Shown: piece after piece, positions 38,801 to 57,839 of the stretch
Position numbering within the stretch: position 1 is the first letter of the stretch
How the letters are laid out: each line of letters opens with the position of its first letter
NCBI GenBank assembly: GCA_000388065.2
Contig: KB932202.1
Direction: 5' to 3' (one strand)
Length of the DNA stretch: 64,000 nucleotides
DNA from: Fonticula alba ATCC 38817
Taxonomy: Eukaryota > Protista > Nucleariida
The notes under the pieces: generated by a model
Told to the model about the DNA's origin: nothing
Databases searched by the model: none
What the model saw: only the letters and a program-made list of their open reading frames with translations
Translations under genes and position numbers: made by a program

Positions 38801-38849
38801 CGTACAGGGCGAAACCCTGTAGGCCAGGTGGGCAGTAGGACCAAGACAT
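32324..38849 (-). CDS. Dedicator of cytokinesis, DOCK180-type (DOCK-A/B) Rac GEF: SH3, DHR-1 (C2), DHR-2, Pro-rich tail; about 2,009 aa, 4 exons
   Basis: Exons 38849-38618, 38523-38349, 38194-37687 and 37438-32324 total 6030 nt in frame. SH3: GFALYAF...ISLDVGDAVLIEQECAGWYLG...GIFPASYIML. DHR-1: PGNHRNDLYL...KTTARNVEF...VLYHCNTPRY. DHR-2: [24 protein letters not shown] and SGTADSPVNGGVGSY, which keeps the VNGG nucleotide-sensor motif. The specific paralogue cannot be assigned. Confidence 0.93.
38241..38288. repeat. Three tandem copies of a 16-17-bp unit (AGCATGCGCGAA(A)GGCA) in DOCK intron 2
   Basis: Read directly from the sequence. Confidence 0.8.
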
Positions 38850-39105
38850 GCTCTGCCTAGGAGTAGGTGGAGAGGGAAGAGGTGCAGGGAGGGGGGGAGG
38901 GGGAGGGGGAGGAGGAGGGGGGAAGGGCAGATGTCTGGGAACGCTTGGCCCGGGGGCCAGGACACGGTTGGTCTAAAAGGTCGGATGCCAGCCCTCTCCC
39001 GCAAGCGGTCGTGAGAACACACAAGCACGCACACGCATATCCCTCGGCTTCACGCATTCGCACAGGTCGGGAATGCTTGCAGACACGAAGCTGCCATACG
39101 GAAAC

Positions 39106-39138
<33 letters not shown>

Positions 39139-40957
39139 CACAGAGAGGAATACACATATGCTTACAGACATGCACACATGCATCCGGACTCATCACACGC
39201 GCCGGTCGCACAGTGCCCCCTCCCTCCCCAGACAGGCACTTGCGCGCGCCCTCGGCCAGAAAGCGAAATGATTACCACGCCGGCGAAAAGTGCGCCGGAA
39301 ACGGGTCGGGGCAGGGGCACGCCCCACAAAATCACCTGGGGTCGTTCGTTGGTTGTAATGCCGAACCGCCTGTTGAAATCTGGCCAAATTGCCCGGCCAG
39401 AAAGAAAAACAATCCCCCACCCCGCGGCCGCAGCGCCCCCCCGTCCCCCCCGGAGGCAAAGGCAACTCATGGCTATTCTGGCAGGGATGAGGGCGGGAAA
39501 GCGCCTCGCCAAGAACGGCCGACCCAAATAATACACCCACGCACAGGGGCCCCCCCCCCCCCCCAGGCGCGTCGGGTGAACACGGCCTCTGCATTCCGAG
39601 CCAGGGGGCGCGCCAGGGCAGCAAGCAGTAAACTCCAGGCCCGATCACTCCCCGCCGCCCTCCCCCGAGGGAGGGTTGCCCTTGACCGGCCGATCAAGCG
39701 ACGCTCGGGCCGAAGAGCCAGCACCCTGGGAAGTCCCCGGGGGGAGGGGGAGGGGGGGGGACACAACATCACTCCAGGGCCTCTCCCCCCGGAGAGGGTG
39801 GCGAGCGCGGCCGGGTGAAGGCCGCCGGAGCCGGCCACGGGTGGACGTCCCCCACCGGCGCGGGCAGGCCGGGAAACAGGGCGCCCAGGACCCTCTCTAC
39901 CCCTGGCGGGCGGCCGAGTGGTCGGGGAGGAGGGGCGGGGGTACACCCTCTCGGCTTCGACGAATCAAGGGGTCGTCGGAGAAAGACCGGGGGGCCGTGC
40001 GCCCGGCGGAGGAAGAATGGAAAAACACATAGGCCCTCGAACAGCGAAGTCACGCAAGTGAGAGCCCGGGTGCGGGCAAAAAACTCCCCCCCCCCCCCCG
40101 CCCTGCAGACGGATGGCCACTATTGACCTGGAAAAAGGCCATTAAGTATTCCACCACACATACACACACACACACGCGCACATACTCACGTAACGTTGAA
40201 ATTGGGTTATTTGCGCGTATGCCACGGTGAGGTGCCGCCGGGCCAGTTCACCATCGCCATTCGCCCTTGGGGCCGGCTGGCGCCGGGTGTTGTTGCCCGC
40301 CGGACTCAGCCCCACCCCCGGGGGCCCGAAAGACCGCCCAATAGCCGGGGTGCATTCTTTGTTTGCCGGGCCGCATGCTCTTGTAACTCAGTCCGAAACA
40401 CCGTTCAATGATCACACCACCACGTCACACAGGCCCACATCACACCCACATACTAAACACCCTTTCCCGCCCTCGCGATGGGGGCGGCCGGAGGGACATG
40501 GTACCACTGCAGCTCTACCTTTTTCCAAGCCCCCCCCCCCCACCTTCAAGGCCGCTGGTCCAATCGTCCTGCCGTTGCGGCCGAGCCAGAGGCCATCGTG
40601 CCCCTTCGGGCGGTTGTTGCCCGCGGGGATCGCGAGGGCCGCACGAGCCCGCCGCCCTGTTTATGCTGCCCACACACGAGTTTCTGGCCTGCTGGCCAGT
40701 GCTCAGGGTGTCAGTGCTGGGATGTTTTTCTTCCCCCCTGCGGCCGCCTCCGCCCCAAGCAGACCAGCAACAGAGCTACTCCTCCCCGATTGTGCCCTTT
40801 GTGCGGACCAATCCCTCCTCCCCCTCCGCCTGCCCTTATTGCCCTCTTGCTCCATCTTCTGTGATCTCCCCTTGTTCCCTCTCTCTCTCCCTCTCTTCTT
40901 CTCTCCCTCTCTTCTTCTCTCCCTCTCTCCTTCTCTCCCTCTCTCCTTCTCTCCCTC

Positions 40958-41050
40958 TCCCTCTGCCCCTCCCTCTCCCTATGCCTCCCCCCTCTCCCTC
41001 TGCCCCTCCCTCTCCCTATGCCTCCCCCCTCTCCCTATGCCTCCCCCCTC
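40958..41050. repeat. Degenerate pyrimidine-rich minisatellite (CTCTCCCTATGCCTCCCCC-like units) upstream of mS37
   Basis: Repeated CCCTCTCCCTATGCCTCCCCCC units read directly; boundaries are approximate. Confidence 0.65.
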
Positions 41051-41254
41051 TCTCTTCACATGCTGGTCCCCTACGCCAATGCGGTTTCCGGTTCTCCCCG
41101 ATCGCCCGGCTACCTCTCGCCCCTCCCGCCCGCCGTTGCCTTTCCATCGAGCCCACTGTCTGACGCCGTTGTCCCTCGAAACTGTTGTTTGCCCCAGCGC
41201 ACGGCTTGCCCGAGGTTGCCCCCTGTCCCCCGTGTCGTACCACCCCCTTCCACC

Positions 41255-41699
41255 ATGCTCCCTGTCAGAGGTCTGAAGCTCCCCCCGCGCCCGAAGAAGT
41301 CCGGGCGCCAGATGATCCTGACGACGGTCGGCAAGCTCGAGCGCGATGCCACCCCCCTGGAGATCTGTACCGAGCTGCTGAACGACCTGACCTCCTGCTT
41401 CATGTATCACCAGGACGATCTGGACGTCTGCCTGCCGCAGCTGAACCTCTTCAACGACTGCATGAACGGTGTGGCGGTGCGTTCCCATGTCCCCTGCGCG
41501 CCTTCCTGATTGCCCTCTCGCTCGCCGACTTTTCCTGACCTCGCTGCCCCCTCCCCTTCCTGCCATCCTCTTCACTTTCTCGACCGTGCGCGCGCGCGCG
41601 CGCGCTCAGATGCTCCGCAAGCCCTCGCGCTATGTTGGCAACCCCCTCAACTTCCACCTTAACCGTGTGTGGAACAACAACGAGCGGAAGAAGAAGTAG
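41255..41699 (+). CDS. MRP10: Mitochondrial small-subunit ribosomal protein mS37 (MRP10/CHCHD1), twin CX9C, 103 aa, 2 exons
   Basis: Exon 1 is 41255-41476, the GTGCGT...CTCAG intron follows, and exon 2 is 41610-41699. It has a basic N-terminus (LKLPPRPKK), a twin CX9C motif (C-TELLNDLTS-C; C-LPQLNLFND-C) and C-terminal PLNFHLNRVW, which resembles the INYH..RL motif of Mrp10. The ORF track does not show it as one ORF. Confidence 0.75.
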
Positions 41700-42348
41700 T
41701 CCGGTCTGGTGTGGCATCCTTGCACTTGCCTCCCTCGCCGCCCCGCCCCCCCCCCCCCCCCCCCCCCCNNNNNNNNNNNNNNNNNNNNNNNNNNNNNNNN
41801 NNNNNNNNNNNNNNNNNNNNNNNNNNNNNNNNNNNNNNNNNNNNNNNNNNNNNNNNNNNNNNNNNNNNNNNNNNNNNNNNNNNNNNNNNNNNNNNNNNNN
41901 NNNNNNNNNNNNNCATGCGCGTGAGGGCCGGTCTTTTTTTTTTTCCAATGGTTTTGTATTATCCGCCGCACGAGCACACGGGAGAGAACAGGGGCTCGTT
42001 CCGGGGCCCTGCCTCTGTTGTTGGTGGGCACGCGCGCGCAACGCTCGGGGTGGGCAGGGGAGTAGAGGAAGGCAGGCACGCGCGCGCGCGGCCAAAAAGC
42101 GAAGAGGGAGAGAGAGGAGGAAAGCGCACACACATGCAAAAGCTTGCACATGTTTTTTGATGCTCGCCCTTTGGATGTGTGTGTGTGTGTGTCTATGCGG
42201 TGCACGCAGGGAGAGGGAGGAGACGTGACATGCATATGGCCAGCAGCGACATGGAGGCGCATGCTACGCATGCGGGGCGCCGAGAGATGCACCCCGGTGC
42301 AGAACACAGCGCAGTGGGAGAGATGGGCAGGCACACGCCAGCTCTTCC

Positions 42349-45300
42349 TTACTCGGCCTCCTTCTTGGGGAGGGGCTCGAACTCGATGATCACCTCATCG
42401 GCCGACACCGAGGAGCCGGCCTTGATGCTGACGGCCTTGACAATGCCGTCGCGCGAGGCGCGCAGGACATTCTGCATCTTCATGGCCTCGACGATGGCCA
42501 CCTCCTGGCCCTCGACAACGCGGTCGCCGGGCTGGACGGCAATCGAGACGACGGTACCCGGCATCGGGGCCAGGACCACGGACGAGGTGTCCAGCTCGGC
42601 CTTGGGGAGCATGTGCTTGGAGGCCAGGTACTGGCGATGGGTGAGGACCTGGACGTCGAACTCCGTGCCGCAATGGACCAGCTTGAAGCCGAGCGGGGTG
42701 TAGCACACAAACTGCGAGGTGGGGGTGCTGACCAGGGAGATGTCACCCATGGGCCCGTCCGGGTCGTAGGAGGTGGCCTTGCCCTCGTCCAGGGCCAGGA
42801 CGGCGCCGTGGATGATGGACTGGCCCGGGGACCAGGAGTCGGTGTCGTAGCCGAGAACGCGGTTCTCCTCGACCAGCTCCATGAAGACCGGGCGCTCGGG
42901 CGTGGCGGCATGGATGACCGCGCGGTACTCACCGACACCGGCGATGCGGATGTGAGTATCCCAGGCAGTGGGCCCGTCATTGAGGACCGCTGTGTGCATG
43001 GGGGCAAGAGGGGAGAGGCGGAATCGAGGGTCAGAAACGTGCGTCCGGGGCTGTGCACATGCGCCGAGATGTGGCCTCCTCCCCCCCCCCACCGCGGACA
43101 GGCGCGAGGAGAAAAAAAAAAAAGAGAAGGAAGAGCAAAGGCATGCCACACGTACCGGTGGTCTCGGTGTTGAAGGAGCGCTTGAAAGCCTCGGTCTGGG
43201 CGTAGATCTTGCCGACAACACCCAGCAGCTCGTCCAGCTCGATCCCCTTCAGGGAGTAGCCCTGGAAGCCCTCGGGATACTCCTCCTCCAGGTAGTTGGT
43301 GGTGATGCGACCCTCGACGAAGCGCGGGGCGGTCAGCACGTCACGGATGAGCGGGATGTTGTGGCGGACACCCTGGATGGCGTAGTTGTCCAGGGCATCG
43401 ATCATCTTCATGCGCGCCTCATCACGAGTGGCGCCGTGGGTGATGACCTAGACACAGGGTGGGGGCGCCGAAAGGTTGGGCAAGTGCGTGTATGGGTAGG
43501 TGAGAAGGCAATCACACAGCCAGCCCGGGCGCTGTCCCTGACCGCCCAGCGCCTGCCCCCCNNNNNNNNNNCCCCCCCCCATCGGGGCAAAGCAGCAAGA
43601 GACGGGGCGCGCACCTTGGAGATCATCGGGTCGTAGTAGACGGAAATCTCGCTACCCTCGACAATGCCGGAATCGACACGCACATCGGCCGCCTGCTCGG
43701 GCTCGATGTAGGTGCGCAGGCGACCCACCGAGGGCAGATAGCGCACCGGGTCCTCGGCATACACACGCGACTCGAAGGACCAGCCGTTGATGCCGATGTC
43801 CGACTGGGCCAGGGGCAGCGGGCGGTTGGCGGCGACGTTGATCATCTGCTCGACCAGATCCACGCCAGTGATGTACTCGGTGACCGGGTGCTCGACCTGC
43901 AGGCGGGTGTTCATCTCCAGGAAGTAGAAGTTCCGGTCGTCGTCGACAAGCATCTCGACGGTACCTGTTTTGTCATGATGACGATGATGGTGTATGCGTG
44001 TGTGTGTGTGTGTGAGAGAGAGAGATGGATGCGTGCGCCACCCCAGTGAGCAAGTGGAAGAGGCGCCGGGGGGAAAGATGCATACCGGCGGAGTAGTAGC
44101 CGACAGCCTGGGCCAGGCGGACGGCCTGCTCACCCATGGCCGCGCGGGTGGCCGGATCAATGTGCGAAGAGGGGGCCTCCTCGATGACCTTCTGGTTGCG
44201 GCGCTGGATGGAGCACTCGCGCTCGTTCAGGTAGATCTATGTGTGTGTGCATGTGTGTGCGTGTGAGCAGGACAGTCCTTGGCAAAAGGGCATGTTGTCA
44301 CCCGCTCTCCTTTCCCCGGCCAAATCGAAGGCATGACATACCGTGTTGCCGAACTTGTCACCGAGGACCTGGATCTCGATATGGCGAGGGTTGGCAATGA
44401 ACTTCTCCACCAGGAGGCGGTCGTCACCGAAGCTCGCGGCAGCCTCGTTCTTGGACAGGCGGTAGGCGTCGATCAGGTCGGCGTCGCTCCTGCGAGCATG
44501 GTGAATGGCCCGTGGCGCGGGCGGTTAGGGATGGGCTCGGCTGTTGACATGTGCGTGGGGGGGTGCGTGCCAGCGCCAGCGTACCAGGCAATGCGCATGC
44601 CCTTGCCACCACCACCGGCGGAGGCCTTGACCATGACGGGGTAGCCGATGTTGTTGGCTGGCGGGGGAACGGAAAGGGCGCGGGACAGAGAGAGGGAGAG
44701 AGAGAGAGAGAGAGCCCGGGTCAGAGGAGGAGCATGGGGATGATGTGCGCACTTCGGGCAGGGTGCGCGTGCACGCGGGCTGCTCTTCGTACCGATCTGA
44801 CGAGCATGCTCGACATCCTCAACGACGCCGTTGAAGCCGGGGATGGTGTTGACGCGAGCGGCCTCGGCGATCTATCGGCCCGCGGGGAGCCCCGGGAGGG
44901 AGGCGGTCTCCGGGTCAGTGCAGGTCGATAAAAAAAAGAAAAAAGAAGGTGCCACGGCGAGCGGGGGGCGAGAGACAGCCATCGAAGCGCGCGCGGCCAG
45001 CCGGAGCGCACCTTCTTACTCTCGATCTTGTCACCCATGGCGGAGATGGAGTAGGAGGCGGGGCCGATGAAGGCGACGCCCATCTTGGCCAGGGTGTCGG
45101 AGAACTGGCTGTTCTCCGAGAGGAAGCCGTAGCCGGGGTGGACAGCCTGGGCGCCGGTGGTCTCAATGGCGTTGAGAATGGCCGGGACATTGAGATACGA
45201 GTCCTTGGAGGCGGCGGGGCCCTATAAGGGGGATGCCGCGCGCGCGCGCGCGTGTGTGTGTGTGTGCATGTGCGTTAGAAAGGACCGACTCGGGAGTCAG

Positions 45301-45824
45301 GAGGAGGCCAGGGGCTGGTGCGGTCGGAATAGCGGCGGCGGCGGCGACGTACCACGCAGACGGCCTCGTCGGCCATGGCAACGTGCAGGGAGTTGGCGTC
45401 GGGCTCGGAGTAAACGGCCACAGTCTTGATGCCCATGCGCTTGGCGGTGCGCATGACACGGCAGGCGATCTCACCACGGTTGGCGATCAGGATCTTGTCG
45501 AACGGCTGTGGGCATTGGGGGAGGGGCGGGGGGGGGGAGAAAAGTGGAGAAGAAGAGATACGGAAGGCGTTGGTATGCGCAGGCGTAATGTGAGTCAGCC
45601 GGCTGGAGGAGGGGAGAGAGAAAGGGAGAGAGAGAGGGCCAAGCCACAGCAGGGCGCACCTTGGTGCCGTCGTAGGGGCGCGGGGCGATCTTCTGGCCGA
45701 AGGGGTCGGAGCCGTAGCCATGGGGGTTGTAGGGGCTGGAAGAGAAAGCGCGAAGGGCGACCGGGGTGCCGGTGCGGCCGAGGCCGGCCGAGGGCCGGGC
45801 GAGCGAGAAGCCAAGACGGAACAT
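42349..45824 (-). CDS. PCCA: Propionyl-CoA carboxylase alpha chain, mitochondrial (biotin carboxylase plus biotinyl domain), 753 aa, 10 exons
   Basis: Exons 45824-45660, 45505-45353, 45221-45012, 44871-44793, 44657-44585, 44489-44342, 44236-44086, 43964-43615, 43447-43156 and 42989-42349 total 2262 nt in frame. Motifs: [77 protein letters not shown], and the biotinylation site EAMKM. It has an Arg-rich presequence ([11 protein letters not shown]). GVRHNIPL and [12 protein letters not shown] favour PCCA over MCCC1. Confidence 0.92.
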
Positions 45825-47213
45825 CGTGGCAGAGCTGAGGTTCAGGCGTGTTTGCGTGTGTGTGTGTGTGTGAGAGAGAGAAGGCAGAAGGGGGAAGGAG
45901 AGGGGGAGGGGGGGGGGGGGAGAAGAGGAGGACGGGCGTCGTACAGACTGGGTGAGGGAGGAGAGCGACACCGAAACCCGAATTCTGGCTAGCCCTGGAC
46001 GGCGGGCCCGGTCCATGGGGCGCCGATAAAAAGCCTTCCGACGCCGCGGCACCGGGGACAGGCGTGAGGGGAGGCCAATCTGGCTCCGGTACTACAGGGG
46101 GCCGCACATGGGTGGCACACGCCCCGCCTGCGCCCCTGCGTGTGTGCCGGTCCTCTCCCTTTCCCCCCCACCCCGCAAGGCCAGTCTGGAGCCTGGAGCA
46201 GGGACGAGAGGGCCCCCATCCCAGGACGTGTGCAATGCGTTCCGAGCCGGCTGGTGGGACAGACAAGGCCTCGGAGGGGGGGGGGGGGGGGGGCGGGCGA
46301 CCATAGCCGGGGCGCAACGGCTACCTCCCCTCCAGCGGCCGGAAAGTAGCCTCCCTGCCTCCCTGGGCCCTGTGTGTGTCTCCCCCGGGGGCGGGGCCTC
46401 CTTTTTCGTGGCCTCCCGCCGTGGCGCCTGGGGAGCATCCTCCGCCGTCTTCCGGCCGACCCGGGGGTGAACTCCCCCTTCTCCGGGGCGCCCCAGCGTG
46501 CGCGCCCCCCCGGAGTTGGCACTACAATACGCCACCCTTTGAGAATCAACCCTCACCTGGAGGGCGCGGTTGCACATCCCAGAAGGGGGGGGGGGACACT
46601 CTCGTGCTTGCCATGTAGACACTAGGACCGGGCTTGCACGTTTGCGCACATGTGTGGACAGCCCCGGCAGGCTCCAAAGATACATGACTCGAATGACCAT
46701 GGTGCCAGCCGTCTTTCCCCGCTCCCCCTCCCGAGCGCGGCCGTGGCGTCCGCGAGCGAGGACACACCAGCCATGCTCAGGTCGGCAGGAAACCCTAAAA
46801 GGGGATCACGGTAAACATTTAATTACATCCGCAGATCACATGGGGATGTCACGTATACTTTGACATCCGCCAACCGATCGGGGGAGATCCAGCACCTCTG
46901 GCCCTGCCGGGGGGGGGGCATTGATATCCGTCAACCATATAAGCGTATGGGTCTGTGCATATTTGCCCGTGCGTATGTGTGTGTGTGTTCGGACAGTGGC
47001 GGAAAGGACACCATCTGGGCGGACGGCCCCCGGCCCTCGGCCATGGGCTTCGGTCTGTCTGCGCAGTTGCTAGAGAGGTGCTCTTAGGAACTTTAATCGT
47101 GGGATGGTCCCGGCGTCCGGCTTGCTGTCCGGCAGCGGGCTGGCTCAGCGAGGCTTGAAAGTCCCGCCCGGGGGAGGCTGCCCCCAAGCACGATCTGGGA
47201 GGTGCTTGGTACG

Positions 47214-47270
<57 letters not shown>

Positions 47271-47863
47271 CGCGCCCTTCAGCCGGGAAGGGACAAGGGA
47301 GACCACACCGGCGGCGATTTTGGGTGCGCCCAGTTGACAGGTGTTTTCGTCTCGCCCGTCCGCGGCCCGCACAGAGTCTTTTTCCTCGCCCCAGAAAGAG
47401 AGATGTGGGTTCATATCCATTCAATTGCGGGCTAGGCAATCCAGCTGGCTGATCGGGTGTTCTCGGACCCGGCGACACCGCGGCCCGGGAAGGGGCGGTG
47501 GCGGGCCAGGGAGGAAGAGGGCAAGGGGCCCAAAGGTGCAGACCTGCCTGCAGCCCCCTCGGCCTCGGCTGCCTGCTCCCGCCCCATGTCCCTGTGCGTG
47601 GTGGCCACAGGCCGTGCAGATGCCCCGATGCAGGGAGGGCCCAGTCTTCAGGAGCCGCCGTTGTGAAGGCACTCGGGGCGACGCGCATTCCCCCCGCCCC
47701 TCCCTCGCTTCTGCCCTCCCCCTCCTGTGGCCATCTGGCGCCCCGCACCGGCTTCCTCTCTCCCACTCTGCCTGCCCCCTCTTGAGACGCTCGCCTGGCC
47801 TGCCCGCTTCGCCCTTTGCTCGCTCCCCTCCCCTCGTCCCCCCTCCAAGCGCGCGTGCGCATC

Positions 47864-54905
<7,042 letters not shown>

Positions 54906-55714
54906 GCATCCCCCCCCCCCCGATGCTGACCGGTGCTCCAGTCCTGCTGGGCGTCCTACCCCTGGCGCAGGGGGCCGCCCGGGACACCTCGCGCCTGGGG
55001 GGCCTCACAGCACCCCCCTCGGCCCCGCCCCCTTCCTGCCCCTCCTACCCTTCTGGCTTGGGACCATTTTTTCAATGCTCGCTCCCCCCTTCCGCCCTCC
55101 GTCCCACGCTTGCCGGCGGGAGGGCAAGGTCGACTGCTCGTCCCTCCCAATAAACCTCCCCCCCTGATCGCTCTTTTTTTGTGCCGCCCATCCCCCGAAA
55201 AAGGGGGCTGGGGGCTCCTTATACCTCTCTCTCTCTCTCTCCCTCCCTCGCCCTGTCTCTTCCTCCATCTCTCTCTCTCTGGCCGGCTCGCTCCACCACC
55301 CCAAGAGTCAGCGATCCCCTGGTGGCGGTGGTGCGGGTGCGGCACCGCCGACGCCGACACTCGCTGCCGCCGGTGTGGCTGTGTGCCTGGCTCTCTATTG
55401 CGCGACAGATGTGCCCCTGGCTGGGGAGGAGAGAAGGACCGAGGGGGCCCAGCCTACATGTGGCGATGCCCCGGTCCGGGAGGTGCGACAGTTACCACAA
55501 CCAGCGCCGGGACAGTGGGGCCGGCGAGGGCGAGCAGGCGGGCATGCTCTGGCGGGCGACCGGGGGGGGGGGGGGGGGGGGGNNNNNNNNNNGGGGGGGG
55601 GGGGGGGGGGGCGCTGCAGGCTCGGGCGCGGGCCGGGGGGCAAACAAAAATCCGCAGCCACCTTTCGCGATTCGTGGCAACACCGGGGGACTCCAGCAGG
55701 GGCGATCAGGGTGC

Positions 55715-56789
55715 CTAGGCTGCCTGGCGCTCGGCGTCTTGCAGCAGCGCCCCGAGATCCGCGACTATCCGCGTGGCGGCGTCCAGGCGCTTGACAAGGC
55801 CAGCCTGTTGGTCTTGGAGAACATCGCGCTGGTGCCGCAGCTCGGTGGCCTGCTCTTCGGCCTCCGTGAGCCGCTTGGTCAAGGCCTCGGCCTCCTCGCG
55901 CCCGGCCCGACGGTCTGCCAGTGCCTGAATGACATCCTTCTTGGAGCCGGATCCCCGGAAGCCCGCCAGAAAGTCCTCCATCGCCTTGAGCTCGGCCTCG
56001 CGGGCCCGGAGCGAGCGCTCCAAATGGTCGATCGTCTGGCTCATATCGTGCGTCAAGTCGGTCGAGGAGGGCGCGGGCGCCAGCGCGGCCGGCGCGCCGC
56101 CGCGGGACTCCGTGTCAGCCGTTTCAAGCAAAAGAGTTTGCAGGCTGGAAACCCGTTGTTGCACATTGGCCAGGATTTCTGGGGCCATCGGGGTGTCGCC
56201 AAGAGGGGGGGGGGCAAGCATCCGAGTCAGTCGATGGTCCGTCTTGGGGCGAGGTTTGCCAGCGACACCCATTTCCGCCGGCTGAGGCAGGTGGAATGCC
56301 TCCTCGCGTGCGCGATCCAAGTGGAGCGGCTACTCGCCAGGCGGGAAGCCGCCAGTCCGCTTCCCTCGTCCCCCCCTGCCCCCCCCCCCGCCACGCCTCA
56401 AGCAGTCCCGGCGTACCGCGATACATGTCCGCCACATCGCCACAACAGCGAGCCGGCGAGGTGGCCGGGAGCCCGGGCTCCGGGCGCAGCCCCGGTGAGC
56501 CACTTGGAGTTTCGCCCTCCGTCGTGGCCCCGCCATCGTCGGTGTCCCGCGCAGCTGCGCCGGCCTCGAGCGCCCGGGTCTCCTCCTGTGCGACGGCCTG
56601 GCCGTCTGGCTCCCGGTCCGGGAAGTCAATGATGTCGACGTCGTCGAGATCATCGCTCGAGGTGCCGGAGGAGTCGTCTTCCGGTGCCATGTCAGCGGCC
56701 TGCTCGGAGGGTGCTTCGTCTGTTCCATCGGCAATCAGATCGCAGTCATTCTCACCAACCGGTACCACGACCATGAAGTCGTCGGCCAT
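55715..56789 (-). CDS. Hypothetical acidic N-terminus plus coiled-coil protein, probably 2 exons, with an N-terminal LIR/FIR-like motif
   Basis: ORF 56789-56124 begins with a protein-like acidic region (MADDFMVVVPVGENDCDLIADG...DDLDDVDIIDF). ORF 56320-55715 encodes a clear heptad coiled coil (TIDHLERSLRAREAELKAME...LTEAEEQATELRHQRDVLQDQQ). There is a GTACGC donor candidate at 56416, but I could not fix the acceptor, so the junction is unresolved. Confidence 0.6.
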
Positions 56790-57157
56790 CCTTTGAAATG
56801 CGGTGGGTACTTCGCAAGGGCACGAGGGGGGCGGAGTTCGACGGGGCGCGAGAAAGGAGAAAATAAAAATGGAAGGCTGGGTGCAGTGCGCCCAGTGTAG
56901 CGTGCACAGGCAGGGGAAAGCGCGCGCGCGCAGGGGGGGGGGGGGGGGTGAAGCGAGGAGAGGGATGCCCCGGGCCCGAGGATCGGGCCCCAGGGCGGCC
57001 GATCCTTTTCACGCTTTCATCGCCCACAATCACATCATCGAGAGCGCCCAGCCACGGGGGATCTTGTCTCCTGCCCCCGGGGCCCGGGCAAAGGCAAGAG
57101 CACCCGGGACAAGATGGGCGCGTGTGCGTGCCCAACTTAAGTGGCGGGGGGGGGGGG

Positions 57158-57839
57158 NNNNNNNNNNNNNNNNNNNNNNNNNNNNNNNNNNNNNNNNNNN
57201 NNNNNNNNNNNNNNNNNNNNNNNNNNNNNNNNNNNNNNNNNNNNNNNNNNNNNNNNNNNNNNNNNNNNNNNNNNNNNNNNNNNNNNNNNNNNNNNNNNNN
57301 NNNNNNNNNNNNNNNNNNNNNNNNNNNNNNNNNNNNNNNNNNNNNNNNNNNNNNNNNNNNNNNNNNNNNNNNNNNNNNNNNNNNNNNNNNNNNNNNNNNN
57401 NNNNNNNNNNNNNNNNNNNNNNNNNNNNNNNNNNNNNNNNNNNNNNNNNNNNNNNNNNNNNNNNNNNNNNNNNNNNNNNNNNNNNNNNNNNNNNNNNNNN
57501 NNNNNNNNNNNNNNNNNNNNNNNNNNNNNNNNNNNNNNNNNNNNNNNNNNNNNNNNNNNNNNNNNNNNNNNNNNNNNNNNNNNNNNNNNNNNNNNNNNNN
57601 NNNNNNNNNNNNNNNNNNNNNNNNNNNNNNNNNNNNNNNNNNNNNNNNNNNNNNNNNNNNNNNNNNNNNNNNNNNNNNNNNNNNNNNNNNNNNNNNNNNN
57701 NNNNNNNNNNNNNNNNNNNNNNNNNNNNNNNNNNNNNNNNNNNNNNNNNNNNNNNNNNNNNNNNNNNNNNNNNNNNNNNNNNNNNNNNNNNNNNNNNNNN
57801 NNNNNNNNNNNNNNNNNNNNNNNNNNNNNNNNNNNNNNN
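57158..57839. other. Largest assembly gap (682 N)
   Basis: N-run flanked by G homopolymers. Other gaps: 10917-10948, 21230-21294, 22788-22831, 25639-25793, 41769-41913, 43562-43571, 55583-55592 and 58334-58410. Confidence 0.99.

Noticed and set aside
42349-45824. Horizontal transfer or bacterial contamination for the carboxylase gene
   Set aside because: It has nine spliceosomal introns with the local donor consensus and a mitochondrial-type presequence.
46790-46798. Telo-box or interstitial telomeric motif AAACCCTAA
   Set aside because: It is a single 9-mer, compatible with chance and not tandemly repeated.
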